Shown here: one piece after another, positions 19,901-30,933 of the stretch
How the letters are laid out: every line of letters starts with the position of its first letter
Numbering within the stretch: the first letter of the stretch is position 1
Assembly (NCBI GenBank): GCA_965214095.1
Contig: OZ243938.1
Location: 3,456,001 to 3,520,000 of the forward strand
Reading direction: 5' to 3'
DNA length: 64,000 nt
Source of the DNA: Candidatus Poribacteria bacterium
GTDB lineage: Bacteria > Poribacteria > WGA-4E > WGA-3G
Made by a program: the position numbers and the translations under genes
The notes under the pieces: model-generated
What the model saw: only the letters and a program-made list of their open reading frames with translations
What the model was told of the DNA's origin: nothing
Database searches by the model: none

Positions 19901-20977
19901 TTTGCGGTAGGTCTAGTCTCAACGCAACCGACAACACCAACCACGCCTGAAACACCAACCACCGATGCCATCGTGAGCATTGCACCTATCTCTATAGCAT
20001 CCCCTGCTGTCGGGGAGCAGTTAGCAGTGAGTCTAAACATTACAGGGGGCGAAGCGGTTGCAGGCTATCAGGCAACTGTCCAGTTTGATGACACTGCCCT
20101 TCGGTTTGTCTCAGGTGCGAATGGTGATTTTCTACCCACGGGTGCATTCTTTGTGCAACCTATAGTGGAAGGAAATCTTGTAAAACTGACTGCTGCATCT
20201 CTTGCCGGAGAAAGCGATGGGGACGGAACACTCGCGACACTCACCTTTCAGGTCATCGCTGTGAAGGCATCCACTCTGACGTTATCTGATGTGCTGCTTA
20301 CCGATACTGAAGGTATCGCTTATGTTCCCAGTGTTGAAAACGCAGAGATAACTGAACCAAGCGGGCTCAAAGGGGATGTGAATGGAGATGGCATCGTGAA
20401 CATCCAAGACCTTGTGCTAGTCGCATCCAATCTCGGTAAGACAGGGCAAAACGCGGCAGATGTCAATGGTGATGGTGTTGTCAATATTCAAGACCTTGTC
20501 CTTGTTGCAGGTGCGTTGGGCACGAGTGCTGCAGCACCCTCTCTGCATCTCCAATCTCATGATACGCTCACGGCATCTGAAGTCAAAAAATGGCTATCCG
20601 AAGCACAGCAGTTAAACCTCACGGATGCAACGTCATTACAGGGCATTCTGTTCTTACAACAGCTTCTTGAGGCGTTGACACCGAAAGAGACTGCACTTTT
20701 GCACAACTACCCGAATCCGTTTAACCCAGAGACGTGGATTCCATATCACTTGTCAAAGGATACAGATGTCACACTGCATATCTATGCTGTGAATGGGACA
20801 TTGGTGCGGACGTTGTCGCTTGGACAGCAAGCGGCGGGTATCTATCAAAGTCGTTCACGTGCTGCGTATTGGGATGGTAAGAATGAGTTCGGTGAAAAAG
20901 TCGCAAGTGGCTTGTATTTCTATACGCTCACCGCTGGCGATTACTCTGCTACGCGTAAGATGCTGATACGGAAGTAG
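16955..20977 (+). CDS. Secreted protein: FN3-like, internalin LRR, repeated Ig-like domain, YWTD/LDL-receptor class B propeller, cohesin, dockerin, C-terminal sorting domain
   Basis: AAGGA RBS before ATG 16955/16958; DLEPGTTYQARYR; DITPLAGLTELTEL; GKIYW/KLYWTD repeats with RANLNGT; AGYQATVQFD..GDGTLATLTF; twin DVNGDGxVNIQDLVLVA; NYPNPFNPETWIPY. Confidence 0.9.
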   Translation: MMNMLKEKRNIIVLLIVVMFLINGVQGMSYGQDDALTVTPGETNTSISVRFTDFLFVYDENAYQVQLRRKTPQGEWITKCVIISLSYGLHNLESRPPGNYVGSVIFTDLEPGTTYQARYRDTNLSECHDNPPAPNPWSAIVEATTHLVTPPRVEFVDANLATLVRRALDLDTGDGVDLLKIPKEKLTKLRGVYDRVGKIRDLTGLEHATELTKLDLFLHQVIDITPLAGLTELTEIDLGGNEIIDITPLAGLTELTELYLGGNEIRDITPLTQLTQLTELDLSDNYIIDISPLAGLTQLTILYLSYNQIQDITPLSTLTQLTSLRLLTNQISDLTPLAQLTRLVRLHLKKNEITDVTPLTQLTNLEYINLEDNNITDITPLAQLSDQTQIDTDSFGKGLLPSQIELLTVSSSEPLLEATLNGSPVTLTLLPSGAAYDTSIENIRNALTLTGIEGMTVSDVIRVSDTELKVSFEFTGNLENTTLLTISLGAEAVTGYEGRTLTGEIPVYPDIELTVSSSDPLTAATLHGSVVTLSKGRFSSNYYVKRGTWLSGVTGVTIDSQTDIERVSATEVKITLTYDGSGSIDEDTILTFTLRPYAISNYSGPSLTAEIPVSPSTEIEVNRDLVASTAFPLTKETLNRSLVLLTLQNDSYSFLQGSVLTVTLSGIDGVSNRGFGLDVNHINSKEIVVRINFRGDFDTDATLILSVPSKGIENYKGPPLSGALPVTVKSGRQVLVPESQRPSMFWINTDTDKIESLDRFDAITNHVASLTVDAAGGKIYWAEHGSSRGIIKSANLDGTNVEVLTTEPITANSLTVDTADSKLYWIDSTQDKILSVNLNGENIRTIIETGNNILNFAVDAAGGKLYWTDKFSIWRVNLDGTNNEKILTNSGLYPLIGGIVVTDGKIYWSERRSSVSGNIRRANLNGTDIETLATPLGNPTDIAVDTVDGKIYWLNSFGGIQRMDINGGEIENVVYGIDATGGFAVGLVSTQPTTPTTPETPTTDAIVSIAPISIASPAVGEQLAVSLNITGGEAVAGYQATVQFDDTALRFVSGANGDFLPTGAFFVQPIVEGNLVKLTAASLAGESDGDGTLATLTFQVIAVKASTLTLSDVLLTDTEGIAYVPSVENAEITEPSGLKGDVNGDGIVNIQDLVLVASNLGKTGQNAADVNGDGVVNIQDLVLVAGALGTSAAAPSLHLQSHDTLTASEVKKWLSEAQQLNLTDATSLQGILFLQQLLEALTPKETALLHNYPNPFNPETWIPYHLSKDTDVTLHIYAVNGTLVRTLSLGQQAAGIYQSRSRAAYWDGKNEFGEKVASGLYFYTLTAGDYSATRKMLIRK

Positions 20978-20987
20978 AATTGAAAAT

Positions 20988-21738
20988 ATGGAAGATTGGA
21001 AAAATCGATGGCACTTCATACTTATCCCAAATGACCGAGAACCTCAGCCTGACATAGACACAAAATTGGATAGGTTAGTAAAAGAACTCCAACAATTTTA
21101 CGCTGATCAGATGGAATTTCATGCGTTTGAAAGAAAAACATTTAGATTTGAGGCAGATGATGCCGGAAATGTCATTGTGCATCACGTCAACGGAAATTTT
21201 GACGAAGCATATTATCAGAATCCAGAAACTACATCTTGGATTGTATGGAGGGAAATTGAAGCACAGTTTGACATGTCAAAGAATATCTATCTTCTTGTGT
21301 TAGATACCGATAGTAATATGATTAAAACGAAAGAATCCGGATGTAAAAATATATATTTCCGATAAAAATGGTCGCACCAAGGTACTACCTGTCACTCTAT
21401 CCCATTTCCAAGCAGAACACACCAACACAGGTGTTCTCCTCAAATGGACAACAGAATCCGAAGTAGATAACGCAGGATTTTACGTATACCGTAGCGAAAC
21501 AAAAGATGGTGATTACAAGGTTGTCAACCCGACAATGATTCAAGGTGCTGGTACAACAGGTGAACGCAACGGGTACACATGGACAGATGCCACTGCTAAA
21601 CCGAATACTGTCTACTATTATCGGATAGAGGATGTGTCGCATGCTGGGGAACGGGAACAGTTAGCAACGGTGCGGTTGAGAGGGTTAATCTCCGCAAGTG
21701 GAAAACTGACGATCCGTTGGGCAGATTTGAAAATTTAG
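20988..21738 (+). pseudogene. Internally deleted remnant of another secreted LRR/metzincin-family gene
   Basis: 20988-21320 resembles the pre-HEXXH region of the giant protein (PNDR..QQFYADQM..TFRFEAD..IVHHVNG). From 21322 another frame reads LKRKNPDVKIY..LPVTLSHFQAE..WTTESEVDNAGF..YYYRIEDV..GKLTIRWADLKI*. Confidence 0.75.
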
Positions 21739-21832
21739 GTTAAGTTGGGTTCGCTAAGATTCTACACAACCTAATGTTGATACGGAAATAGCAGTTTGCA
21801 ATTGGGTGTTTTGCGAAACTAAACCTGACCTA
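21736..21832. repeat. Degenerate inverted REP-like pair
   Basis: TAGGTTAAGTTGGGTTCGC ... GCGAAACTAAACCTGACCTAC. Confidence 0.45.
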
Positions 21833-21862
21833 CAAACACAAAGAAATTATGGAGTTATGACA

Positions 21863-24800
21863 ATGAAGAATATGTTAGTCAATAAAAAAATTATATCGTT
21901 GATACTACTCACAATTTTCTTAATTTGTATTATTCAAAGTCCAAGCCACGGTGGTTTCCTTGATAATATACTAGGTATCTTTACTGCAATCATAGATCTT
22001 ATTATTGATATTGCTGAGGGTGTCGTCAAAATTGCTGAGGGTGTCGCTAATCTCTCTATTCGGATTGTTGGCACCGTGTTTTGGGACACGGGGAGTCTCA
22101 CAAATATCACTCCTGCCTATCACGATGGTGGGATATTTGGTGTAATTGTTTCAAACAATATTCATCTATGGGACGCATTAACACATCAAACTCTGAACAC
22201 GTTCACATACACATCTAACCTCACAGATATCGTCTTCAGTTTAGATGGATTGCTGATTGCCAGCGGAAGCGATGATAATACAGTTCAATTGTGGGACCCA
22301 AATACATTACAACTGAAAACGAAACTCATCGGACATACGGACAGTGTGCTCAGTGTGTCCTTCAGTCCGGATGGATCCATGCTCGCCTCGGCAGGTGCAG
22401 ATGGGTTTGTGAAATTGTGGAATCCAGAGACTTTTCAAAACTTAGGTAGTTTCGGTGGACACACCGACACCGTGCGAAGCATCAAATTCAGTCCGAATGG
22501 TTCTATTCTCGCCTCCGCTGACAACGACCATAGTATCCGGTTTTGGAATCCACAAACGCAAACACTCCAAACGACATTGGTCGGACATACTGCGGCTATT
22601 TTGAGTCTTGCTTTCAGTGCAGATGGGGCAATGCTTGCCAGTGCAAGTGAAGATGGCACCGTCCGTGTATGGGACACGCAAAATAATCAAGAACTTGCAC
22701 GAGTCTTCTGTTTACAGTGTAGACTTTAGTCCGGGAGGGAAAGTGATCGTAACAGGCACAGAGGACGGTGTAGCACGGTTGTGGGATCCAGAGAATAAAA
22801 CAGTGTTAGCTACCCTTGGGCATGAGTCACCTGTGAAAAACGTCGCATTTGCCAAATCAGGTTCCATGCTCATTACGGGTAGTGCTGATAACAAAATGCG
22901 TCTATGGGATATCTCGGAGGAAACAGAAGAAAGCGAAGACTTAATCAGCAACCGCACGCTGCAGATGCGTACGACTATACTTTCCTTACTCCGTTCAGAA
23001 GATCCAACCATTTCCGGTCATTCTGACATCACTGCCGCACACCTTGCTAACATTACTACCTTAAATCTAAACAACAAAAACATCACATCCCTGAAAGTCG
23101 ACGATTTTGATGGACTCACCAATTTGCAGACACTACGTCTTAATTTTAATCGACTGACATCGTTGCCAGTAGGTATTTTTGACGACAATACATCGCTCAG
23201 TAATCTCAATCTTTATAGAAACCAATTGAGTAGTTTACCAGATGGCATCTTTGAAGGCAAAACATCGTTAACGACGCTCCGCCTTGGTCGCAATGCAGTT
23301 GACCCACTTCCAATCTTTGTTTCATTAGAAAAGGTCGCAGAAGGTCAGTTCAAAGCTGTGGCACCGACTGGTGCAACGTTTAATTATGTTTTGCCTATCA
23401 CCGTTACCAACGGTAGCGTCAACGGTGGGATAACGACACTCATGATCCCGCATGGTAGTGTGGAAAGTATTATCCTCAGGGTAACGCGCACAGCAGGTAC
23501 TATTGCTAATGTTACCGTCAATATTGGGACACTACCGAACCTGCCGCGCAACCATTACGGCTATGCACTGGTGAAATCTGATGCACAACCTTTAGCGGTT
23601 ATCAGTGCAACCAATACACAGCAGGTAGGTGTCAACATCCCCGATGCCAATCTACGTGCGAAAATTGAATCTGCACTCCGCAAAACATCTGGTGCAACAA
23701 TTTCCGCTATGGAGATGACGACATTAACTACACTTAATGCACAAGACGCAAGTATTACCAACTTGACTGGACTTGAAACAGCGACAAACATTACAACACT
23801 CAAACTTGGAAATAACACAATATCGAATATATCCGCACTATCTGGATTGACAAGTTTGACAGAGTTGCAGCTATGGGACAACCAAATCACGAATTTATCA
23901 TCACTTAGGGGATTAAATAGCCTGACGAAGTTATACCTGTGGGGGAACAACATTTCAGATATATCGCACATATCAGGATTAACAAATCTCACGCATCTAC
24001 GTCTCGGTGAAAACAGTATCTCAAATATAGGTGCAGTGTCAAGATTGACGAACCTGACGGAGCTGTATCTGAATGAGAATACTATAACAGATATTTCCGC
24101 GGTATCTGGATTAACAAACCTCACAGCACTTCGTATCGGAAACAATACAATATCGGATATAACACCTGTTCAGAACCTAACGAACCTTGAATGGTTGGAC
24201 ATGCCGAACAACAGCATTTTGGATATATCCGCAGTCCAAAATCTAACGTCACTGGTAGAGTTATATTTTGCAAATAATGCTGTCTCCGATCTATCACCTT
24301 TAGTGGCAAATACCGGATTTGGAGAGTTCTCCGAAATTGATGCCCAGGGTAATCCGTTGAGTTATCCTTCAATCTATACGCACATTCCTGCACTACAGGC
24401 GAAAGATGTGTATATTGACTTTGACAGCCGAGTAGCAACTGCACTGGTGAAAATATCGGGGGATACACAGCAAGGGAACACCGGTACCGCACTTACACAG
24501 CCGTTTATCGTGGCGGTACGAGATGGAAGCAGTGTCGTTTTTGCGGGAGTGCCGGTAACCTTTGCAGTTACAGCAGGCGGTGGCACACTTAGTGCAACAA
24601 ACACCACAACCGATCTCAACGGTAGGGCACAAACCACGTTGACACTCGGTAATACCGTTGGCACAAACACCGTGCGCGTCAGTGTTACGGGTATCACGCA
24701 GACGATTATATTTACTGCTACAGCGATAACAGCACCAATCGTTACAGTATCTCCTATAGCCAACCGTACTCCACAAGTACGAGATGCAATCGTCGTTGCA

Positions 24801-27800
24801 CTCCCCGGTATTAACAGTGCCAACGATGTAACCGAAGCACATCTCCGAACAATTACACACTTAAATCTGAAAAACAAAAACATTTCAACTTTAAAGGAAG
24901 GTGATTTTGACGGGTTGTCGGCACTTACCGAACTCCAACTACAACAGAACCGATTAACAACACTTCCTGCTAATATCTTTTCCGGATTGTCGGCTCTGAG
25001 GACGCTCTATCTGAGTAGCAATCAACTTGCAAGCTTACCGATGTCTGTGTTTTCAGGTTTATCGTCGTTGTCTAACCTATACCTGAATAATAACAAGCTT
25101 ACCAATTTACCCGAAACAGTTTTCTCCGGACTGACCTCACTGAGACAGATAAACATGCACACAAACCAGCTGACAACACTCCACGTCAATGTGTTCTCGG
25201 GGTTATCGTCACTGAACCAAATAAGTGTCAACGACAACAGATTGACAAGTTTACCAGAAAATGTGTTCTCTGGACGGACAGGTCTGGTATACCTCTATTT
25301 GGATGGTAACCGACTAACGAACCTACCAGCAAACTTGTTTTCTGGCTTGTCGGCATTACAGCAGCTCAAGTTTAATAACAATCGACTGAGTGCTTTACCT
25401 GCAGGTTTATTTAGTGGGTTGTCATCATTATCATGGCTCCTGATCCATAATAACACAGTAAACCCGTTCCCCTTTACCGTCTCATTAGAAAAGGTTGGTA
25501 CAAATCAGTTCAAAGCGACCGCGCCTGTGGGTGCCCCATTCACTTTGACAATACCGGTCAGTATCGTTAACGGTAGCATCAGCGGCGGTGCTTCTACCCT
25601 AACAATACCAGCAGGTAACGTCGAATCACAAGTGCTCACCATTACACGCACACTCGGCACAACGGGTGCTGTTACCGTGGATATCGACACATTGCCGGGG
25701 TTACCGACGCAACATCAAGGTTACGTACTTGTCAAGTCATCGACTTTGCCGTTAACAATCATCAATGCGCTCAATAATAACGCACCAATATTCACGGAAG
25801 GCACAAGCACGACGCGTGCAATTGCAGAAAACACGTCATCAGGTGTCAACATCGGCAGTGCTGTATCCGCAACGGATATTGAAAACGACACATTAACTTA
25901 TAGTCTCAGTGGCACAGATGCATCAGCATTCAATATAGATACAACGAACGGGCAGCTGCAAACGTTGGCAGCACTCGACTACGAAACAAAATCGTCCTAC
26001 ACGGTGACAGTCACAGTCTCCGATGGCAACCTCACAGATACAATCACTGTCACTGTAAATATTACCGACATTGATGAATTACCGACAGATTCAAACGTTT
26101 GTATGGTTGGAGACATCCTCGCCCCCGGTGAGAGTTGCACGTATCCAGACTCAGATGCTGTTTTCTCTGTGCTTGCCAATGGACATTCACAATGGAATAT
26201 TCCAAATTTACCGTCGTGGCTTCAGTGGATTAACCAAGTCGCAATTGGCGGATCAATGCGAATCACTGCAACAGTTAATAATACGACTTACCACTTCGTG
26301 GCAGAGTCTGTCAGCAATAAGTCTTGGGAAATAAAGGAGATCGGAGATGATACAAGCCAGCAGCCTGTTACACCTGATTCTACTGAAAACCCAGAAACAG
26401 CACCAACACTAACTACATCAACTGCAGCACCACTCACAGAGTCAGCACTGCATGGGGGTATCATCACACTTAACCTCAGCGGTGGCACTTTTGAGCACTC
26501 CAAGTTCACAATCAGAGATGCGATAACGTTGACCGGAATTTCTGGTGTTACCGTTGACACATTCGGTGTTGATCGGGTGAGTGATACGCAGGTCACTGTT
26601 GAACTGGAATTTGATGGGAATATGACAAGTGACAGCAACCTGACCATCTCTTTGGGGGCAGATGCAATTAAGGATTATGATAGTTCGGCACTGACTGCGC
26701 AAATATCAGTCTCTGCAGTCAATGAATCGGTCACCGCTTCGCCATCCACATTGACCGAGGCGACACTTGATGGCACAGAAGTTACCCTCACGCTCAGTGG
26801 ACGGAAATTTGAACGATCTATTCTTGACATCAGAGATGCTGTGTCAGTCTCAGGCATATCGGGTGTAACATTCCCGTGGCACGACCCGGATAAGGAGAGT
26901 GATACCGAACTCACTGTGAAACTGGAATTTGATGGAGATATGACAAGTAATGGCACACTTACGTTTACCGTAAGTGCGGATGCTATCGCAGGATATAATG
27001 GTCCTGTCCTTACCGCGCAAATCTCTGTCTCTGCCACAGGTACAACAACCCCATCAAACCGTGCGCCAATATTTACTGAAGGTAGCAGTGCCACACGCTC
27101 GGTAGCAGAAAACACGGCATCAGGTGTAAATATAGGCAATCCTGTATCTGCTACAGATGCGGATGGAAATACGCTCACTTATAGTCTTGGTGGCACAAAT
27201 GCATCAGCCTTTAGCATTGTCAGCAGTTCAGGGCAGCTGCAAACGAAAGCATCGCTTGACTACGAAACGAAGACATCCTACTCGGTCACCGTCTCTGTCT
27301 CTGATGGAAATGGCGGGCGTGATAGCATCACCGTGACAATCAACATAACTGACATAAACGAAAATATTCCAAACCGCGCGCCAGTATTTACTGAAGGTAG
27401 CAGCACCACGCGCTCGGTAGCAGAAAACACGGCATCAGGTGTAAATATAGGCAATCCTGTATCTGCTACAGATGCGGATGGAAATACGCTCACCTATAGT
27501 CTTGGTGGCACAAATGCATCAGCCTTTAGCATTGTCAGCAGTTCAGGGCAGCTGCAAACGAAAGCATCGCTTGACTACGAAACGAAGACATCCTACTCCG
27601 TCACCGTCTCTGTCTCTGATGGAAATGGTGGAAGTGATAGCATTTCCACCACTATTAATATTACTGATGTGACTGAGACAGAAACAACTACAAATGGCAC
27701 ACCATCCATCAGTGTCTCTGCTGATACCACATTGACAGAAGCAACACTTGATGGCACAGAGGTTACCCTCACGCTCACAGGTGGCACTTACGAAAGCTTA

Positions 27801-28631
27801 TTCTGGAATTATCAAAAGGTATCTGCCTCTGGGATCACAGGTGTGACTTTTGATGATTTTTTTGATGTTGACCGCGAAAGTAGCACAGAACTCACCGTTG
27901 AACTGACATTTGATGGGAATATGACCACCGATGGCACACTCACCTTTACCGTTGATTCGGATGCTATCGTGGATTATGATGGTTCGGCACTGACTGCGCA
28001 AATATCAGTCTCTGCAGTCAGTGAATCGGTCACCGCTTCACCATCCACATTGACCGAGGTAACACTTGATGGCACAGAGGTTACCCTCACACTCAGTGGA
28101 CGGAAATTTGAGCGATCAATTTTTGACATTAGAGATGCTGTGTCAGTCTCAGGTATATCGGGTGTAACATTCCCGTGGCACGACCCGGATAAGGAGAGTG
28201 ATACCGAACTCACTGTGAAACTGGACTTTGATGGAGATATCACAACTAATGGCACGCTTACCTTTACCGTCGGTGCGGATGCTATCGCAGGCTATAATGG
28301 TTCCGCACTTACTGCACAAGTGTCTGTCACTGCAAACCAAGAGAACGTTCTCGGGGCAAACTTCCCAAATCCATTTAACCCAGAAACATGGATACCGTAT
28401 AAGCTGGCGAAATCCACAGATGTAACTATCACTATCTATGCTGTGAACGGCATATTGGTCAGGACGTTGATCCTCGGACATCAAGCTGCAGGTATGTATC
28501 AAAGTCGTTCCCGTGCCGCGTATTGGGATGGTAAAAACGAGTTCGGTGAAAAAGTAGCGAGTGGCTTGTATTTCTATACACTCATAGCAAGCGATTTTAA
28601 TGCTACGCGCAAGATGTTGATACGGAAGTAA
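21863..28631 (+). pseudogene. Frameshifted secreted WD40 + LRR + Big_1 + cadherin protein with C-terminal sorting domain (ORFs 21863-22729 and about 22698-28631)
   Basis: GGAG RBS and signal peptide; WD40 repeats GHTDSVLSVSFSPDG..LW continue across the frame change at about 22698 (ELA / HESSVYSVDFSP); then LRR, 3 cadherins, repeated TLTEATLDGTEVTLTL domains and NFPNPFNPETWIPY. Confidence 0.85.
27057..27650 (+). repeat. Recent tandem duplication of a cadherin domain (315-bp period)
   Basis: Long identical DNA runs such as CGCTCGGTAGCAGAAAACACGGCATCAGGTGTAAATATAGGCAATCCTGTATCTGCTACAGATGCGGATGG occur twice. Confidence 0.9.
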
Positions 28632-28723
28632 AATTGAAAATATGGAAGATTGGAAAGTCGGAGATAAACGTTTCTATTTTCTAATTTCCCAGCTAAAATC
28701 AATAAAGTGGCTTTACCATGCAA

Positions 28724-28811
28724 CCACTACCTGCAGCACGGATCGTTGGAGAATCGCTAATATATCCAAGTTTATACACGAACCTACAAAGCAAGGGACC
28801 GGAACCGCCAA
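28724..28811 (+). pseudogene. Frameshifted remnant homologous to the 125-aa protein at 32898
   Basis: PAARIVGES / YIQVYTRTYKAR (2-nt loss) versus PPGRLVGKSPEYVNVYTLTYKAK. Confidence 0.65.
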
Positions 28812-28837
28812 ACAGGTTATGTTTCTGAATTTAATTT

Positions 28838-29392
28838 ATGAAAACAATAGAACTTCTTCTACCGCATCGCCACCCTTTTCTGATGGTTGAATCAATTGTT
28901 GAGTACATTGGCAGTGATGTACCTATTCTCAATGCAGAGCGGACCATTCGTCGTTCTGAACCCATGTTTTACGGTGCTGAACCACCGTTTTACTGGCCAT
29001 CAGTGTACATCATTGAAGGTTTGGGACAATGCTGTATTCTCTTGACTCTCATTTGGGCATGTGAACGTAGACGTGAGGCGGATGGATTAGGCGCGGAAAA
29101 TGTGAGTGTTCTTTTCACAAGTACAGAAGGTGTTGATAACGACTATACTTTGACGCAATTTTTGGAGATTTTGTCAGACAAAACAGTGAATGACGTATCC
29201 AGAAATGGCATGTTAGCTTCGGTAGATGTTGAGATTGTTAGTAATGTTCAAGCGGGTAAGTTACTTCAATATAGGGTAGAACTGACACGTGTATTTGGAA
29301 GATTTGTCAGTTTTGGGGTGAAAGCGTTTGTTGAAGGACAGACAGTTGCCCACGGCACGATGGTGGGGGCACAATTGGAGAATATTATATGA
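28838..29392 (+). CDS. FabZ-like hotdog-fold dehydratase, probably lacking the catalytic His
   Basis: LLPHRHPFLMVE and WPSVYIIEGLGQ; FYGAEP where FabZ has FxGHFP. Confidence 0.8.
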   Translation: MKTIELLLPHRHPFLMVESIVEYIGSDVPILNAERTIRRSEPMFYGAEPPFYWPSVYIIEGLGQCCILLTLIWACERRREADGLGAENVSVLFTSTEGVDNDYTLTQFLEILSDKTVNDVSRNGMLASVDVEIVSNVQAGKLLQYRVELTRVFGRFVSFGVKAFVEGQTVAHGTMVGAQLENII

Positions 29393-30933
29393 CGTGCTAT
29401 TCCGATGTAGTGATCGTTGGCGGAGGTCTGGCAGGATTGACTTTAGCACTTCAACTGCGACAAACACTTCCAATACTCAGTGTGACTGTACTTGAGAAAC
29501 ACCGATACCCTGTGCCTGAAACAACTTTTAAGGTAGGCGAATCAATGGTAGAGGTATCCTCTTGGTATCTCAGGGAAATACTGGGATTAGGTGATCACTT
29601 GATGGAATCCCATTTACCAAAGTTTGGACTGCGCTTTTTTATGAGTGAACACGACAACAGTGATTTGGGATGCCGACCAGAGTTCGGACCATTGAGTAGT
29701 TCAGAAAACATACCGAATAAACCCATGAAGCATCTCCCCGGAATCCACCTTCCGACATACAACGTTGATCGTGGACGTTTAGAGAACCATCTCTTGGAAT
29801 GCTGTCGTGAGACCGATATAGAGGTCTTAGAAGCCTGCAAAGTTAAGAGTTTAAACCTCGGTAATCCCCACGAACTTGTCGCAGACGTAAGCACGGCCGA
29901 TTTGAAAATCAACTCGCGATGGGTTATTGATGCAACCGGTCGTGCGGGGTTCCTCGCACGACGTTTGAAACTCAGACAGACGCAAGGACATGAGGTCAAT
30001 GCCGCATGGTTTCGGCTTGCTGGGCGAATCGATCCAGACGATTGGACAGACAGTGCAGCGTATCACTCTAGAACACGGCCAGGGCTGCGTTGGCTTAGCA
30101 CGAACCATCTAATGGGAGAAGGCTACTGGATATGGCTGATTCCGCTCCCAAGTGGCGCGACAAGTGTCGGGATTATGACAGACCCTAACCTACACGCCTT
30201 GGAACAATTCAACCGATTTGAAAAGGTGTTGACGTGGCTCACACCACGGGAACCGCAACTAACTGAAGTTGTTTCGTCTTTTGAACATCTTGACTTCCAC
30301 GTTATGAAAGCAAAATCTTATCTCAGTCGACGCACTTTCTCAGCGGATCGTTGGGCACTCTGTGGAGAATCCGCATTTTTTTTAGATGCACTCTATTCAC
30401 CAGGAGGGGATTTTATCGCTGTGGGAAACACCTTAATAACACAAATGATTGAAGCAGATTTCGCATCAGACCGGCTCCAACTGTCAATTTGTGCCAAATT
30501 TGGTGAAGAGTTGTTAAATGGTATGTTCCGACATTATTTGGGGTTGTATCACGGGAACTACGCGTTGATGGGAAAACCAGGTGCCATGCTACAGAAAGTC
30601 GTCTGGGATACCGCTGTTTACTTCGCCTATAATGTCCTACTTTTCTGTAACGATCGCTTTTGTGATGTTAAGTTTCATCGTATGATTAAAAAGGAAAACG
30701 CGTTATTGGAGAGCCTACAACAGCGTATGATACACCGTTTCAAAAGGTATGAAGCACGGAGATGTTCTTACGCAGGGCACTTTATTGACCAAGCGCGCGT
30801 TGAGCAGGTTCAATCGCTCTATTTGTCCAGTAAAGACCGTTTAAAAGATGCTGGTATTCTCAAAGACCGATTGTCCGAAAACCTTAAAATCTTGGAGTCC
30901 TTTAGCAACAGGATAGAGGACCTTGTGAAATGA
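29389..30933 (+). CDS. Flavin-dependent halogenase (carrier-protein/aryl-polyene-associated type)
   Basis: GGGLAG FAD motif, KVGES, PKFGLRFF, DRGRLEN, WIWLIP (WxWxIP), FLDALYSPG. Confidence 0.85.
   Translation: MTCYSDVVIVGGGLAGLTLALQLRQTLPILSVTVLEKHRYPVPETTFKVGESMVEVSSWYLREILGLGDHLMESHLPKFGLRFFMSEHDNSDLGCRPEFGPLSSSENIPNKPMKHLPGIHLPTYNVDRGRLENHLLECCRETDIEVLEACKVKSLNLGNPHELVADVSTADLKINSRWVIDATGRAGFLARRLKLRQTQGHEVNAAWFRLAGRIDPDDWTDSAAYHSRTRPGLRWLSTNHLMGEGYWIWLIPLPSGATSVGIMTDPNLHALEQFNRFEKVLTWLTPREPQLTEVVSSFEHLDFHVMKAKSYLSRRTFSADRWALCGESAFFLDALYSPGGDFIAVGNTLITQMIEADFASDRLQLSICAKFGEELLNGMFRHYLGLYHGNYALMGKPGAMLQKVVWDTAVYFAYNVLLFCNDRFCDVKFHRMIKKENALLESLQQRMIHRFKRYEARRCSYAGHFIDQARVEQVQSLYLSSKDRLKDAGILKDRLSENLKILESFSNRIEDLVK

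Noticed and set aside
22685-22730. Programmed frameshift or phase-variable tract
   Set aside because: No slippery heptamer or simple repeat, and residues are missing relative to the next WD40 repeat.
2830-28502. Many minus-strand ORFs with repetitive RLVRLSK/GNELN sequences
   Set aside because: Antisense shadows of LRR and cadherin repeats; no independent RBS or domain signal.
28642-28890. 82-aa ORF starting MEDWK
   Set aside because: Start comes from the duplicated post-stop sequence; the rest overlies a relic in other frames.
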